This document shows, one piece after another, positions 1 through 8,107 of a stretch of DNA of 34,429 nt (position 1 is the first letter of the stretch; each line of letters begins with the position of its first letter). The stretch lies in contig JAICUZ010000001.1 of the NCBI GenBank assembly GCA_025935595.1, positions 1-34,429 of the forward strand. The letters are read 5' to 3'. The notes under the pieces were generated by a model. The model made no database searches. It was not told the DNA's origin and was given only the letters and a program-made list of their open reading frames with translations. Position numbers and translations under genes: made by a program. The stretch comes from Burkholderiales bacterium. Lineage in GTDB: Bacteria; Actinomycetota; Thermoleophilia; Gaiellales; Gaiellaceae.

Positions 1-200
1 GACTCGACATCCGCTACCGGCGGGAGGGAAAGCTCGAGCACGTCCACACGCTGAACGGCACGGCCGTGACCGCACGGGCGATGATCGCCATCCTCGAGAA
101 CTTCCAGGACGAGGGCGGCTCGGTCGCGGTCCCGGCGGTGCTGACGGACTTCGGTGCACCGGCGCACCTCGGCCGCGAGCGGCTACGCCGAAACGCTTGA
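1..200 (+). CDS. serS: seryl-tRNA synthetase, C-terminal fragment (5' end outside window)
   Basis: Frame 3 reads [51 protein letters not shown]..., which matches the conserved class II SerRS C-terminus. Stop TGA is at 198-200. The ORF is open at the window edge, so it is absent from the ORF track. Confidence 0.85.
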   Translation, partial: LDIRYRREGKLEHVHTLNGTAVTARAMIAILENFQDEGGSVAVPAVLTDFGAPAHLGRERLRRNA

Positions 201-217
201 TACAAGAGTGAATGCGC

Positions 218-307
218 GGCGGGGTGCCGGAGCGGTCGAACGGGGCGGCCTTGAAAGCCGTAGACGGCGCAAGTCGTCCGTGGGTTCAAATCCCACCCCC
301 GCCGCCA
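218..307 (+). tRNA. tRNA-Ser (anticodon UGA), class II with long variable arm, CCA encoded
   Basis: Hand-folded cloverleaf. Acceptor GGCGGGG/CCCCGCC, 3-bp D stem, anticodon stem GCGGC/GCCGU with loop CUUGAAA. Variable arm is about 18 nt. T arm is GUGGG-UUCAAAU-CCCAC, discriminator G, then CCA. Confidence 0.9.
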
Positions 308-355
308 CACCGCCCGGCAGGAATCCCGGAGCCCGCGGCCTATACTGAAATTCCA

Positions 356-826
356 GTGGCCGGGTTCCGTCCAGTACCCCGCCTCGTGACGCTCGTCGTC
401 GTAGGGGGGCTCGTCGCCGTGGGCTCCGCGGCGTTCGCCGCCGACCGGTCGGTCGAGTCGACCGGCAAGGCAGTCGTGCGCCTCACGGACCGGCAGGTAC
501 GGCTGACCCACTTCGGCGGCGATGCGACCGGAAGCGGCGACGTGGCGCGCATGACGCTCTACGGCAGCTCGAGCCCGACGCGGCCGATCGGGCACGCGGT
601 TATCACCTGCATGGACGTCGGGTCTGGCGAGCAGTCCTGCGAGGGAAGCTACGTGCTGCCGAAAGGGACGCTCGTGACAGCGGGAGTCCTGCGCACGCGT
701 CTGCTCTACACGCAGGCCGTCGTGGGCGGAACCGGGTTGTTCGACAATGCGCGAGGGACGTTGACCGTGACCGCAAAGAACCTCTCGCCACGCCGCGAGA
801 TCCTGCTGTTTCGACTGACTGGGTGA
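356..826 (+). CDS. secreted/membrane-anchored dirigent-like (allene-oxide-cyclase-barrel-like) protein
   Basis: The track ORF 212..826 overlaps the tRNA, so I chose the in-frame GTG at 356. The N-terminal hydrophobic segment is VTLVVVGGLVAVGSAAFA. The C-terminal motif VVGGTGLFDNARGTLTV resembles the GGTGxFxxARG signature of dirigent-type proteins. The start is uncertain. Confidence 0.55.
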   Translation: MAGFRPVPRLVTLVVVGGLVAVGSAAFAADRSVESTGKAVVRLTDRQVRLTHFGGDATGSGDVARMTLYGSSSPTRPIGHAVITCMDVGSGEQSCEGSYVLPKGTLVTAGVLRTRLLYTQAVVGGTGLFDNARGTLTVTAKNLSPRREILLFRLTG

Positions 827-1209
827 CGATGGCAGCGCGGACGCTGCGGCCACTCATTCTCATCTGCGACGACGAGCTGCCGCTGCGGGAGCTCGTCAAG
901 GCCGTTCTCGGCGACGGCTACCGCTATGTCGAGGCCGAAGACGTCAATCAGGCGCAGAAAGTGCTCAAGGAATCGAAGCCTGAGGCGATAGTTCTGGATG
1001 TGATGCTGCCCGGAAAGAGCGGGCTCGAGTTCCTGTCCGAGCTCCGTGCGAAGCGACGGAACAAAGCGATTCCGGTCGTCGTCGTCTCCGCATGGCAGAG
1101 TGCCGACGACCAGCGCACTGCGTTGAACGCAGGCGCAGACGCGTTCGTCGGAAAACCCTTCGATCCCAAGGATCTGGCTTCTGTCGTCGAATCGCTCATC
1201 GCTGCGTAG
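823..1209 (+). CDS. single-domain response regulator (CheY-like receiver)
   Basis: LILICDDELPLRE...AIVLDVMLPGKSGLEFL...VVVVSAW...GADAFVGKPF carries the acidic pocket DD, the phospho-acceptor D in LDVMLPG, and the conserved K in GKPF. There is no output domain. GTG 823 overlaps the upstream stop (GTGA); an alternative ATG lies at 829. Confidence 0.85.
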   Translation: MTMAARTLRPLILICDDELPLRELVKAVLGDGYRYVEAEDVNQAQKVLKESKPEAIVLDVMLPGKSGLEFLSELRAKRRNKAIPVVVVSAWQSADDQRTALNAGADAFVGKPFDPKDLASVVESLIAA

Positions 1210-1222
1210 CGTCGTCGCACGT

Positions 1223-2701
1223 GTGATCGTCGTGTCGACGCTCGGCGCCGCCGCGATCGGGGCAACGCTCGCGCTCTTCTTCGTCGCGAACGCTCGCCTC
1301 AAGTCGGCGAACACCGCGAGCGCGCGGTCCGCGACCGTGAGTGCAGCGGCGTTCGACGTGCGGGCGGCTGTGGTCGCGATCGACGTAGCGCTGCAGCAGG
1401 TGGTCGAGGAGTACGACGCAAAGAACCTGGCGCAGTGGCGTCGCGCATCGCGTTCGTGGGAGGCACCGGCGACTGCGCTCGAGCGCGCTGCGGCGGCGAG
1501 CAACGACCGCCAGGAGCAGCGTGCGCGCGCGCTACGCGACGAGATCCGCTCGTACATCGACGACTACGGCGAGCCTGTCGTCGGAATCGCAAAGGTCTCG
1601 CCGGCCGCGGTCCGTTCGTCGGTGGCGCACACGGAAGGGACGATTCGGCTCGATCAGATCATCACCGACACGGACGCGGTCGCCCGGAACTCCGCGGTCA
1701 TCGCGGCCGACCGGAGCGGTGCCGCGGGACGGCTGGCCGACCAGGCGACGATCGCCGGCATCGTCGCGCTCGTCCTCACCCCGGTGCTGCTCATCCTGCT
1801 CGGCCTCTGGCTGGCGCGCGTCGTCGCCGATCCGCTGCGTCAGACGGTTGCGGCGGCGTCGGAGGTTGCCGCAGGCAACTTCGACGTCCGGCTGAACGAG
1901 CGCAGACGTGACGAGTTCGGTGAGCTCGCACACGTGTTCAACGCGATGACCGAGTCCCTCTCCGTGAGCCGGAGCGAGCTGATCGAGCGCGCCGACAGCC
2001 TCGAACGTTCCGAGCGCCACAAGTCGGAGCTGATCAGCATGGTCTCCCACGAAGTCCGCACGCCGCTCGCCAGTGTGCTCGGCTTCACGCGCCTCCTGCT
2101 CGAGCGCGACCTGCCCGAAGCGGATCGGCGGCGCTATCTCGGAATCGTCGATGCAGAGGCGACGCGCCTTGCCGCCCTGGTCAGCGACTTCCTCGACGCG
2201 CGCCTGATCGAAGAAGGGCGCTTCTCGCTCCGGCGCGAGCCGTTCGACCTGCGCTCACTCGTGCGCGAGCAGGCGGAGGTGACCCTCGGCCACGACGAGA
2301 GCCATGAGCTCGAGCTCGAGCTTCCCGACCGGCCGCTCGAGATCGACGGCGACCGCGCGCGGCTCGCGCAAGTGGTCGGCAACGTGTTGTCGAACGCGGT
2401 GAAGTACTCGCCCGACGGTGGGACGATCACGGTCGGCGCGGCCGAGGATCACGGTCACGCACGCGTGTGGATCGCCGACCAAGGCACAGGCATCCCGCCC
2501 GAGCACCGCGGCCAGCTCTTCCAGCCGTTCTACCGCGGCGATGCCGCGGCGGCGGGCATCCCCGGCACAGGGCTCGGGCTCGCAGTGTCACGCCGGATCG
2601 TCGAGGCTCACGACGGCCGGATCGGGTTCGATCCGCTCGACCGCGGCACGCGCTTCTGGTTCGACCTCCCGCTGGAAGCTGCGGCGAACGGCAGGCGTTG
2701 A
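1223..2701 (+). CDS. sensor histidine kinase (N-terminal TM + CHASE3-like extracytoplasmic region, HAMP, HisKA, HATPase_c)
   Basis: Two hydrophobic segments flank a region of about 150 aa. HAMP-like DPLRQTV...FDVRLNERRRDEFGELAHVFNAM. H-box SMVSHEVRTPLASVLGF. N-box VLSNAVKYSP. G-boxes DQGTGIP and GTGLGLAV. Confidence 0.85.
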   Translation: MIVVSTLGAAAIGATLALFFVANARLKSANTASARSATVSAAAFDVRAAVVAIDVALQQVVEEYDAKNLAQWRRASRSWEAPATALERAAAASNDRQEQRARALRDEIRSYIDDYGEPVVGIAKVSPAAVRSSVAHTEGTIRLDQIITDTDAVARNSAVIAADRSGAAGRLADQATIAGIVALVLTPVLLILLGLWLARVVADPLRQTVAAASEVAAGNFDVRLNERRRDEFGELAHVFNAMTESLSVSRSELIERADSLERSERHKSELISMVSHEVRTPLASVLGFTRLLLERDLPEADRRRYLGIVDAEATRLAALVSDFLDARLIEEGRFSLRREPFDLRSLVREQAEVTLGHDESHELELELPDRPLEIDGDRARLAQVVGNVLSNAVKYSPDGGTITVGAAEDHGHARVWIADQGTGIPPEHRGQLFQPFYRGDAAAAGIPGTGLGLAVSRRIVEAHDGRIGFDPLDRGTRFWFDLPLEAAANGRR

Positions 2702-3036
2702 CCCGGCGCCGGTGGCTCGCCGCGCTCGGCGGCGCGGCGCTCGTGCTCATCGGCCTGTCGTTCCACGTGTCGATCCTGCTTGACGTCGTCCACGCCATCG
2801 TCGGCGCGGCAGCGATCTTCCTCGCGCGACCGGCCGCGCTCGCTTTCGCGTCACTCGTCCTCTGGCTGCTCGGCGTCTTCGCGGCCGGTGGGTGGTTGTC
2901 GCTCGACACCGCCGACAACTGGCTGCACCTCGTGCTCGCCGTCGTGCTGCTCGGCTCAGCGCTTCTTGTGCGCGGCGAGGATCTCGCCGACGATCTCGAG
3001 CGCGATCTCGGCGGGCGTCTCCCCGCCGAGGTCTAG
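2698..3036 (+). CDS. small membrane protein, DUF4383-like
   Basis: The in-frame TTG at 2698 overlaps the kinase stop. There are three to four hydrophobic helices. The C-terminal motif DTADNWLHLVLAVVLLG is reminiscent of DUF4383. The last ~25 codons run antisense into xdhC and may simply read through to the first stop. Confidence 0.45.
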   Translation: MTRRRWLAALGGAALVLIGLSFHVSILLDVVHAIVGAAAIFLARPAALAFASLVLWLLGVFAAGGWLSLDTADNWLHLVLAVVLLGSALLVRGEDLADDLERDLGGRLPAEV

Positions 3037-3828
3037 ACCGACCGGGCCGCGAACCTTGTCGGCGGCCGCGCCGAGCTTTTCGACGCGCTTCTCCTGCGCC
3101 CGGCGTGAGCCGAGCGCACCGACGTAGAACGCGCCGCCCTCGACGCCCTTCTTCAGTGCCGGGATGTCGATGCGCTCCTCGTGGACGAGCGACACCAGGG
3201 CGGTCTCGGGATCCACGTCGACCTCGTCCGGCCACGCCACGAGGATCTCGTCCGCGCTCGGCACGCGCTCGCGATTCGCGAGACCCGCGCGGGGATCGAC
3301 GACGACCGTCCGCCACCCGAGCGGCTTTGCGAGTGCGCAGAGCGCCTCGGCGATATCGCCCGCGCCGACCGCGACGAGCCGCGGCGGCGGGCCGATCGCC
3401 TCGGCGAAGACGTTCTCGCGGAGCCCGGTCTGCACGCGCTCGGCTTCCGTCCAGCGTCGTCCGGCCTCATCGCCCTCGACCACCACGTAGCTCGTGCCGC
3501 GCTCGATGTCCGGCGCACCACCGTAGGGCTCGAGGAACACGTCGATCTCACCGCCGCAGGGGAGGCCGACCGTCCACGCCTCGTCGTCCGCGATCCCGTA
3601 CGACACGATCCGCGGAAGCTCGCCGTCGAGGACCGCCTGGCAGCGCTCCGCGACGTCCGCCTCGACGCACCCACCGGAGACCGACCCGTACAGGCGGCCC
3701 GACCGCGTGACGGCGAGCTTCGAGCCGAGCGGGCGCGGCGCGCTGCGGCGGGTCGCAACGACGGTCGCCAGGGCAACCTGTTCACCCGCGGCGCGCCACT
3801 CCTCGGCTTTGGCTAGGACTTCGTCCAT
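2956..3828 (-). CDS. XdhC/CoxI-family molybdoenzyme maturation (accessory) protein
   Basis: The N-terminal domain ALATVVATRRSAPRPLGSKLAVTRSGRLYGSVSGGCVEADV and a C-terminal Rossmann-like segment RLVAVGAGDIAEAL are typical of the XdhC family. Confidence 0.8.
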   Translation of the reverse strand: MDEVLAKAEEWRAAGEQVALATVVATRRSAPRPLGSKLAVTRSGRLYGSVSGGCVEADVAERCQAVLDGELPRIVSYGIADDEAWTVGLPCGGEIDVFLEPYGGAPDIERGTSYVVVEGDEAGRRWTEAERVQTGLRENVFAEAIGPPPRLVAVGAGDIAEALCALAKPLGWRTVVVDPRAGLANRERVPSADEILVAWPDEVDVDPETALVSLVHEERIDIPALKKGVEGGAFYVGALGSRRAQEKRVEKLGAAADKVRGPVGLDLGGETPAEIALEIVGEILAAHKKR

Positions 3829-3845
3829 CTAGGCTCAGACTAGCC

Positions 3846-4235
3846 ATGGCCGATCCCTTCGCAGAGGTGCTCGTCCGCGTCGACGCAGGTGAGCTCGGCG
3901 ATCCGCTGCCGGTGCTCGCATACCTCGCCGGGCAGTCGGTGCAGCTCGACGAGGCCGAGCTGAACGGCGCGCGCCGTCGTGCGTTGCTGCTGGTCGCGGC
4001 CGGCGGCGATCCTCACCGCGAGCTCGACGTCGACGACCGTGCCGTGAAGGCGATTGCCGCCGACCTGTACACACGGGAGCGGCGCGACGAGCTCGCACGT
4101 TCGATCGACGCACTCGTCCTTCGTGTCCGCGACCTGCCGGTCGCCCGCAAGGCGGCCGTGTTTCTCGCGGGCGACGTCGACCTCGCGTGGCGGCTGCTCG
4201 CGCTCGCGCTGCTCGCAGAGGAGTTGAGCGAATGA
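3846..4235 (+). CDS. hypothetical protein (129 aa, acidic, Leu/Ala-rich, predicted helical)
   Basis: The ORF has coding-like composition and I recognise no motif in it. Its stop overlaps the ybaK start (ATGA at 4232-4235). Confidence 0.5.
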   Translation: MADPFAEVLVRVDAGELGDPLPVLAYLAGQSVQLDEAELNGARRRALLLVAAGGDPHRELDVDDRAVKAIAADLYTRERRDELARSIDALVLRVRDLPVARKAAVFLAGDVDLAWRLLALALLAEELSE

Positions 4236-4687
4236 CGCCGGCGGTCGCAGCCGCGAAGCGGGCGGGCGTCGAGTTCCGCCTGCACGAGTACGAAGGCATC
4301 GAGCTGGGGGAGGGCGACTACGCGGCCGCCGTCGCGACCGCGGTCGGCAGGCCGGCCGAGCAGCTCTTCAAGACCCTCGTGGCGTCCGTCGACGGTCGGC
4401 TCGAGGTATTCGTCGTCCCGGCCGACCGCCAGCTCGACCTCCGCGCCGTGGGCAAGCGCACGACGCTCGCGTCGCAAGCCGACGCCGAGCGCGCGACCGG
4501 GTATGTGGTCGGCGGGATCAGCCCACTCGGCCAGCGCAGGCGGCTGCCGACGACGATCGACCGGTCAGCGCTTCGGTGGGAGACGATCCTCGTCAGCGCC
4601 GGCAAGCGCGGGCTTCAGATCGAGCTCGCGCCGAACGACCTGGTGCGGCTGACGGGCGCCAACGTCGCGGTGGTGGCGGCGGCATGA
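4232..4687 (+). CDS. ybaK: Cys-tRNA(Pro)/Cys-tRNA(Cys) deacylase, YbaK family
   Basis: MTPAVAAAKRAGVEFRLHEY...QLFKTLV...VVPADRQLDLRAV...ATGYVVGGISPLGQRRRLPT...VSAG matches the YbaK/EbsC trans-editing domain, including the K in FKTL and the GGISPLG loop. The ATG at 4232 was chosen over the longer track ORF because of the ATGA coupling. Confidence 0.8.
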   Translation: MTPAVAAAKRAGVEFRLHEYEGIELGEGDYAAAVATAVGRPAEQLFKTLVASVDGRLEVFVVPADRQLDLRAVGKRTTLASQADAERATGYVVGGISPLGQRRRLPTTIDRSALRWETILVSAGKRGLQIELAPNDLVRLTGANVAVVAAA

Positions 4688-5511
4688 GCACCCGCAGCGA
4701 CGAGCTGAGAGCCGCCGCCGAGCGTCTCGTAGCGGGGATCCCGGCGGACATCGCGCCTGAGGTCGTCGTGACCGGAAGTGTCTCGCGCGGCGTCGCGGAC
4801 GACGTCTCCGACGTCGAGATGCTGCTCGTGACGCGCGACCAGCTCGACCTCGAGACGTGCTTCACGCTCGCGGCGGCTGCGGGTCTCGAGCAGCTCGGTT
4901 CGTGGGGGCCGCAGGGAACGGAGACGTCACGGGTGTCCGGCTACTTCGAAGCGATTCCGTTCGAGCTGATCTGGTGGTCCCGCGACTATGCGGACGCGTC
5001 GATCAACGCCGAGTCGCCGGCCGCGGACGCCGTCGCGAACGGCGTCTCACTGCGAACCTGCGGCCTGCTCGAGAGCTGGCACGAGCGGCTCGCCACGTAT
5101 CCGGACGAGCTCGCGGCGGAGCGCATCGAGGACGCGGCACTGACGTGGGGCGGGTTCGCAGCCGCCGGGCTCCTCACGCTCGCGCGGACCGGTGAGCGGC
5201 TCTCGCTGGTCGAGCGGATGGTCGACGACGCCGTCCGGGTCTTACGAATGGTCTACGCGATCAACAGGACGTGGCAGCCGACGACCAAGCGGGTCGCGCT
5301 GCGCGCCGAGGGGCTGGCCGTGAAGCCGGAGCGGCTTGCCGAGCGGATCGAAGAGGCGCTGACCGAGCCGGATCCGCTCCGTGCGCTCATCGTCATGACG
5401 CAGCTTCAGCTCGACACGGTCGCGCTCGCGCCGTCCGGGCCGAATGTCGACCGCGCCCGCGACTGGCTGACCGACGGCCTGGCGATCCTGCGCGCCGCGC
5501 GAAACATTTAG
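4684..5511 (+). CDS. Pol-beta-superfamily nucleotidyltransferase with C-terminal helical domain (DUF4037-like)
   Basis: The ATG at 4684 overlaps the ybaK stop (ATGA). The N-terminal motif VVVTGSVSRGVADDVSDVEMLLV gives the G-S ... D-x-D signature of minimal NTases. The remaining ~190 aa are predicted helical. Confidence 0.65.
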   Translation: MSTRSDELRAAAERLVAGIPADIAPEVVVTGSVSRGVADDVSDVEMLLVTRDQLDLETCFTLAAAAGLEQLGSWGPQGTETSRVSGYFEAIPFELIWWSRDYADASINAESPAADAVANGVSLRTCGLLESWHERLATYPDELAAERIEDAALTWGGFAAAGLLTLARTGERLSLVERMVDDAVRVLRMVYAINRTWQPTTKRVALRAEGLAVKPERLAERIEEALTEPDPLRALIVMTQLQLDTVALAPSGPNVDRARDWLTDGLAILRAARNI

Positions 5512-6551
5512 GTGCCCCACCAGAAGCTCGCTGCAATCACCACGTAGAACCCGACGAGGACGACGCCCTCCTGCCATGTCGATTCGCCGTCGTTCGCGAT
5601 CAGCGCGCCGAGCACGGAGGCGATCACCAGCACGAGGGCGAGCAGCGTCGGGAACACGAGCGTCAGGTGCGTCGTGAAGAGGAGCGAGACGAAGACCAGC
5701 ACCGGCGTCAGGGCGAGGGCCACCTGCAGCGACGAGTTGACGATTACGGCGATCGCGAAGTCGGGCCGGTTGCGTGCCGCCAGCTGGACGCCGACCACGT
5801 TCTCGACGGCGTTGCCCGCGATTGCGATGATCACGAGGCCGGCGAACTCCTCGCTCATGTGGAGTGTGTGGATCGCGGGCGTCAGTGCGCCGACGAACCA
5901 ATCGGACGTCAGCGCAGCGGCCGTGCCGGCGCCGGCGAGGACAGCCCCTGTGAGCAGCGTGCTCCACCGGGCCGGTTCGTGTTCCTCGCCGCCGGCGCGC
6001 AGGAACGACGGCAGCGTCAGCACGAAGACTGCGAGGAGCACCGCGGCGCAGATGATCGAGAGTGTGTGGCCGTGCGGCTCGGCGGGCGTGTGGAACGCGT
6101 GCGCCAATGACGGGATCGCCATCGTCGCCGCTGCGAGCAACGTCAGCGTCGACACCATCCGTGCCTGCCCCGAGTCGAATCTCTGAGGCCCGTGGCGCAG
6201 GCCACCGACGACGAAGGCGATGCCGAGGACGAGCACGCTGTTCGCAAGGATCGAGCCGACGAGCGCCGCCTGCACCACGCCGACGAGGCCCTGTCGCAGC
6301 GCGAAGATCGCGATGAAGAGCTCGGGCAGGTTGCCGAGCGCCGACTGGACGACACTCGCGCCGCCGGAGCCGAGCCGGGCGCCCAGCTGTTCGGTGGCGG
6401 TTCCGACGAGGCGGGCGAGCGCCGCCAGCGCGACCGCCGAGACGCCGAACGTCACGACGTGGCCGGCCCCCGCGTAGTGGCAGGCACCTGCGACCAGGAC
6501 CGCCGCCAGGGTGGCCGCCAGCTCGATCGTCTCGCGCCGGTTCACAGGCAC
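5508..6551 (-). CDS. Ca2+/H+ (cation/proton) antiporter, CAX/ChaA family
   Basis: Only the 3' part of the 675-aa track ORF looks like a real protein. It is polytopic, with the paired alpha-repeat motifs GNLPELFIAIFA and GNAVENVVGV. The start is taken at GTG 6551 (alternative GTG 6545). Upstream of that the ORF is Arg-rich and antisense to the next gene. Confidence 0.8.
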   Translation of the reverse strand: MPVNRRETIELAATLAAVLVAGACHYAGAGHVVTFGVSAVALAALARLVGTATEQLGARLGSGGASVVQSALGNLPELFIAIFALRQGLVGVVQAALVGSILANSVLVLGIAFVVGGLRHGPQRFDSGQARMVSTLTLLAAATMAIPSLAHAFHTPAEPHGHTLSIICAAVLLAVFVLTLPSFLRAGGEEHEPARWSTLLTGAVLAGAGTAAALTSDWFVGALTPAIHTLHMSEEFAGLVIIAIAGNAVENVVGVQLAARNRPDFAIAVIVNSSLQVALALTPVLVFVSLLFTTHLTLVFPTLLALVLVIASVLGALIANDGESTWQEGVVLVGFYVVIAASFWWGT

Positions 6552-6653
6552 GAGAACGTAGCGCGAGTGACCCTCGGACGAGTGACGTAGCCGAGGCGCC
6601 CCTTTGCCGAAAACCGGGGTGTTGGTCTTCCTGCGGCAATGGAGGGGTACGAG

Positions 6654-7544
6654 GTGAAGAGGGCGGCACTGGTCGTCATGGTCGTCGCCGTGCTGGCGGC
6701 GCCGGCGTCGAACGCGAGCGCATCCCAGCTCGTCGACCGCAACGCGACTGCGATCAAGCTCGAGGTCAACTCCAAGGGTGAGGCGCTCATCACCTACAAG
6801 GCGCACGGGCAGCAGAAGCACGTGCTCGCGTGGGGTGCCGAGAACGCGATCGCGCCGACGCGCACGCGCCCGCAGCTCGCGTTCAAGCTCGACTACGCAG
6901 GGGGCTGGGGCAAGTACCACGCCACCTACTGGAAGACGTTCAAGAACTCGTGCGGCGCCTACGACGGCCCGAAGCTCGCGTGGTTCGTGACCGGATGCAC
7001 GGCGCCCGACGGTTCGTATTGGGCGCTTCAGGCGTGGCAGCGCATGCTTCCGAACTACGGCGTGAAAGCGAGCGCGACGCAGTCGGTGTGGGAGCTTCGA
7101 CTCTCGCACTGGACCGGCGAGCTGCCGGTCTTGACGATCAACACGGACTGGGCGTGGCACCAGTGGGATCACCTGTTCGGCACGCTCACCTACCAGGGCC
7201 GGGCCGTCTTCGGCTACAAGGCGACGCCGGGCGGCAACCCGCTCGACACATTCGGCCGCAACATCTACGTCGATACCTACGACTCCGTCTACGGCAGCGG
7301 CTGGATGCGCGAGAACAGCTTCCTCACGCACACCAATACCGGCGCATTCTGCTACTCCGTCAACCCGCACGGGAGCCATCCGGCCGGCAAGGGCACCCAG
7401 TACCGGGCCACGGTCGAGGGCCCGGGGGTGACGCCCGACGTCATGTGGGCGGGCGCGTCGCCGGGGCCGTACGACAAGTCCGCCGATCAGATCGCGAACG
7501 ACGCGATCACCCAACTCGGCGACAAGCAGTGCCACGGCAACTGA
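6654..7544 (+). CDS. secreted protein of unknown function (Trp/Tyr-rich, about 297 aa)
   Basis: GGAGGGG at 6641-6647 sits 6 nt before GTG 6654. The signal peptide is VKRAALVVMVVAVLAAPASNASA. I recognise no catalytic motif. The track start ATG 6639 is also possible. Confidence 0.65.
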   Translation: MKRAALVVMVVAVLAAPASNASASQLVDRNATAIKLEVNSKGEALITYKAHGQQKHVLAWGAENAIAPTRTRPQLAFKLDYAGGWGKYHATYWKTFKNSCGAYDGPKLAWFVTGCTAPDGSYWALQAWQRMLPNYGVKASATQSVWELRLSHWTGELPVLTINTDWAWHQWDHLFGTLTYQGRAVFGYKATPGGNPLDTFGRNIYVDTYDSVYGSGWMRENSFLTHTNTGAFCYSVNPHGSHPAGKGTQYRATVEGPGVTPDVMWAGASPGPYDKSADQIANDAITQLGDKQCHGN

Positions 7545-7569
7545 CCTAGCCGTGCTCTAGGCTCGCCTC

Positions 7570-8043
7570 GTGTCCGATACGGGGATGGAACAGCGGTCGC
7601 TCTTCCGGCGCTGGCCGGCCGGGGTGTCGATCGTCGTCGCCGACGTCGGCGGTCACCGCCACGGGCGAACGGTCTCGTCGCTCGTCTCGCTGTCGCTCGA
7701 CCCGCCGCTCGTCGGCATCTCGGTCGCGCACTCGGCATCGATCCACGAGCTCCTGCGCGACGCCGATACCTGGGGCGTGTCGGTCCTCGCGGGCGGCCAG
7801 GAAGAGCTCGCGCAGCGCTTCGCCCGAAGCGGCGTCCCACCGCTGATCCTCTGGGACGGCGTCGAGGTGCGCGAAGACGACCCGCGGCTGATCGCCGGCG
7901 CCGCCGGCTGGTTGATCGCGCGTACGGTGGACACGCTCGTGACCGGCGACCACACGTTTTTCGTCGGGCACGTCGACGCGGTGGAAGAAGGGCTCGCGCC
8001 GACCACGCTCGTCTACGCGTACCGCACCTACCACGGGCTATGA
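7570..8043 (+). CDS. flavin reductase-like (HpaC/NADH:FMN oxidoreductase family) protein
   Basis: FRRWPAGVSIVV...GRTVSSLVSLSLDPPLVGISV...TGDHTFFVGHVDAV is typical of the flavin reductase domain. An alternative ATG start lies at 7585. Confidence 0.75.
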   Translation: MSDTGMEQRSLFRRWPAGVSIVVADVGGHRHGRTVSSLVSLSLDPPLVGISVAHSASIHELLRDADTWGVSVLAGGQEELAQRFARSGVPPLILWDGVEVREDDPRLIAGAAGWLIARTVDTLVTGDHTFFVGHVDAVEEGLAPTTLVYAYRTYHGL

Positions 8044-8107
8044 GCGTAGGCTCGACGGAGCTCAGCAAAGCGCGAAGGCGCCGACATGCGCGGCGCCGGA
8101 GCGGGAA

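Noticed and set aside
212-355. The N-terminal extension of ORF 212..826.
   Set aside because: It is read straight through the tRNA-Ser(UGA) gene, so the protein must start downstream. GTG 356 was chosen.
2892-3710. A 272-aa plus-strand ORF with extreme Arg/Pro content, plus several similar ORFs between 2427 and 3816.
   Set aside because: These are poly-Arg/Pro translations typical of out-of-frame or antisense reading of GC-rich coding DNA. The XdhC frame on the minus strand explains the region.
6552-7535. The 5' two-thirds of the 675-aa minus-strand ORF 5508..7535.
   Set aside because: Upstream of the CAX start the translation is Arg/Val/Asp-rich with low complexity. It runs exactly antisense to a well-supported secreted-protein gene. 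Long open antisense frames are expected at this GC content.
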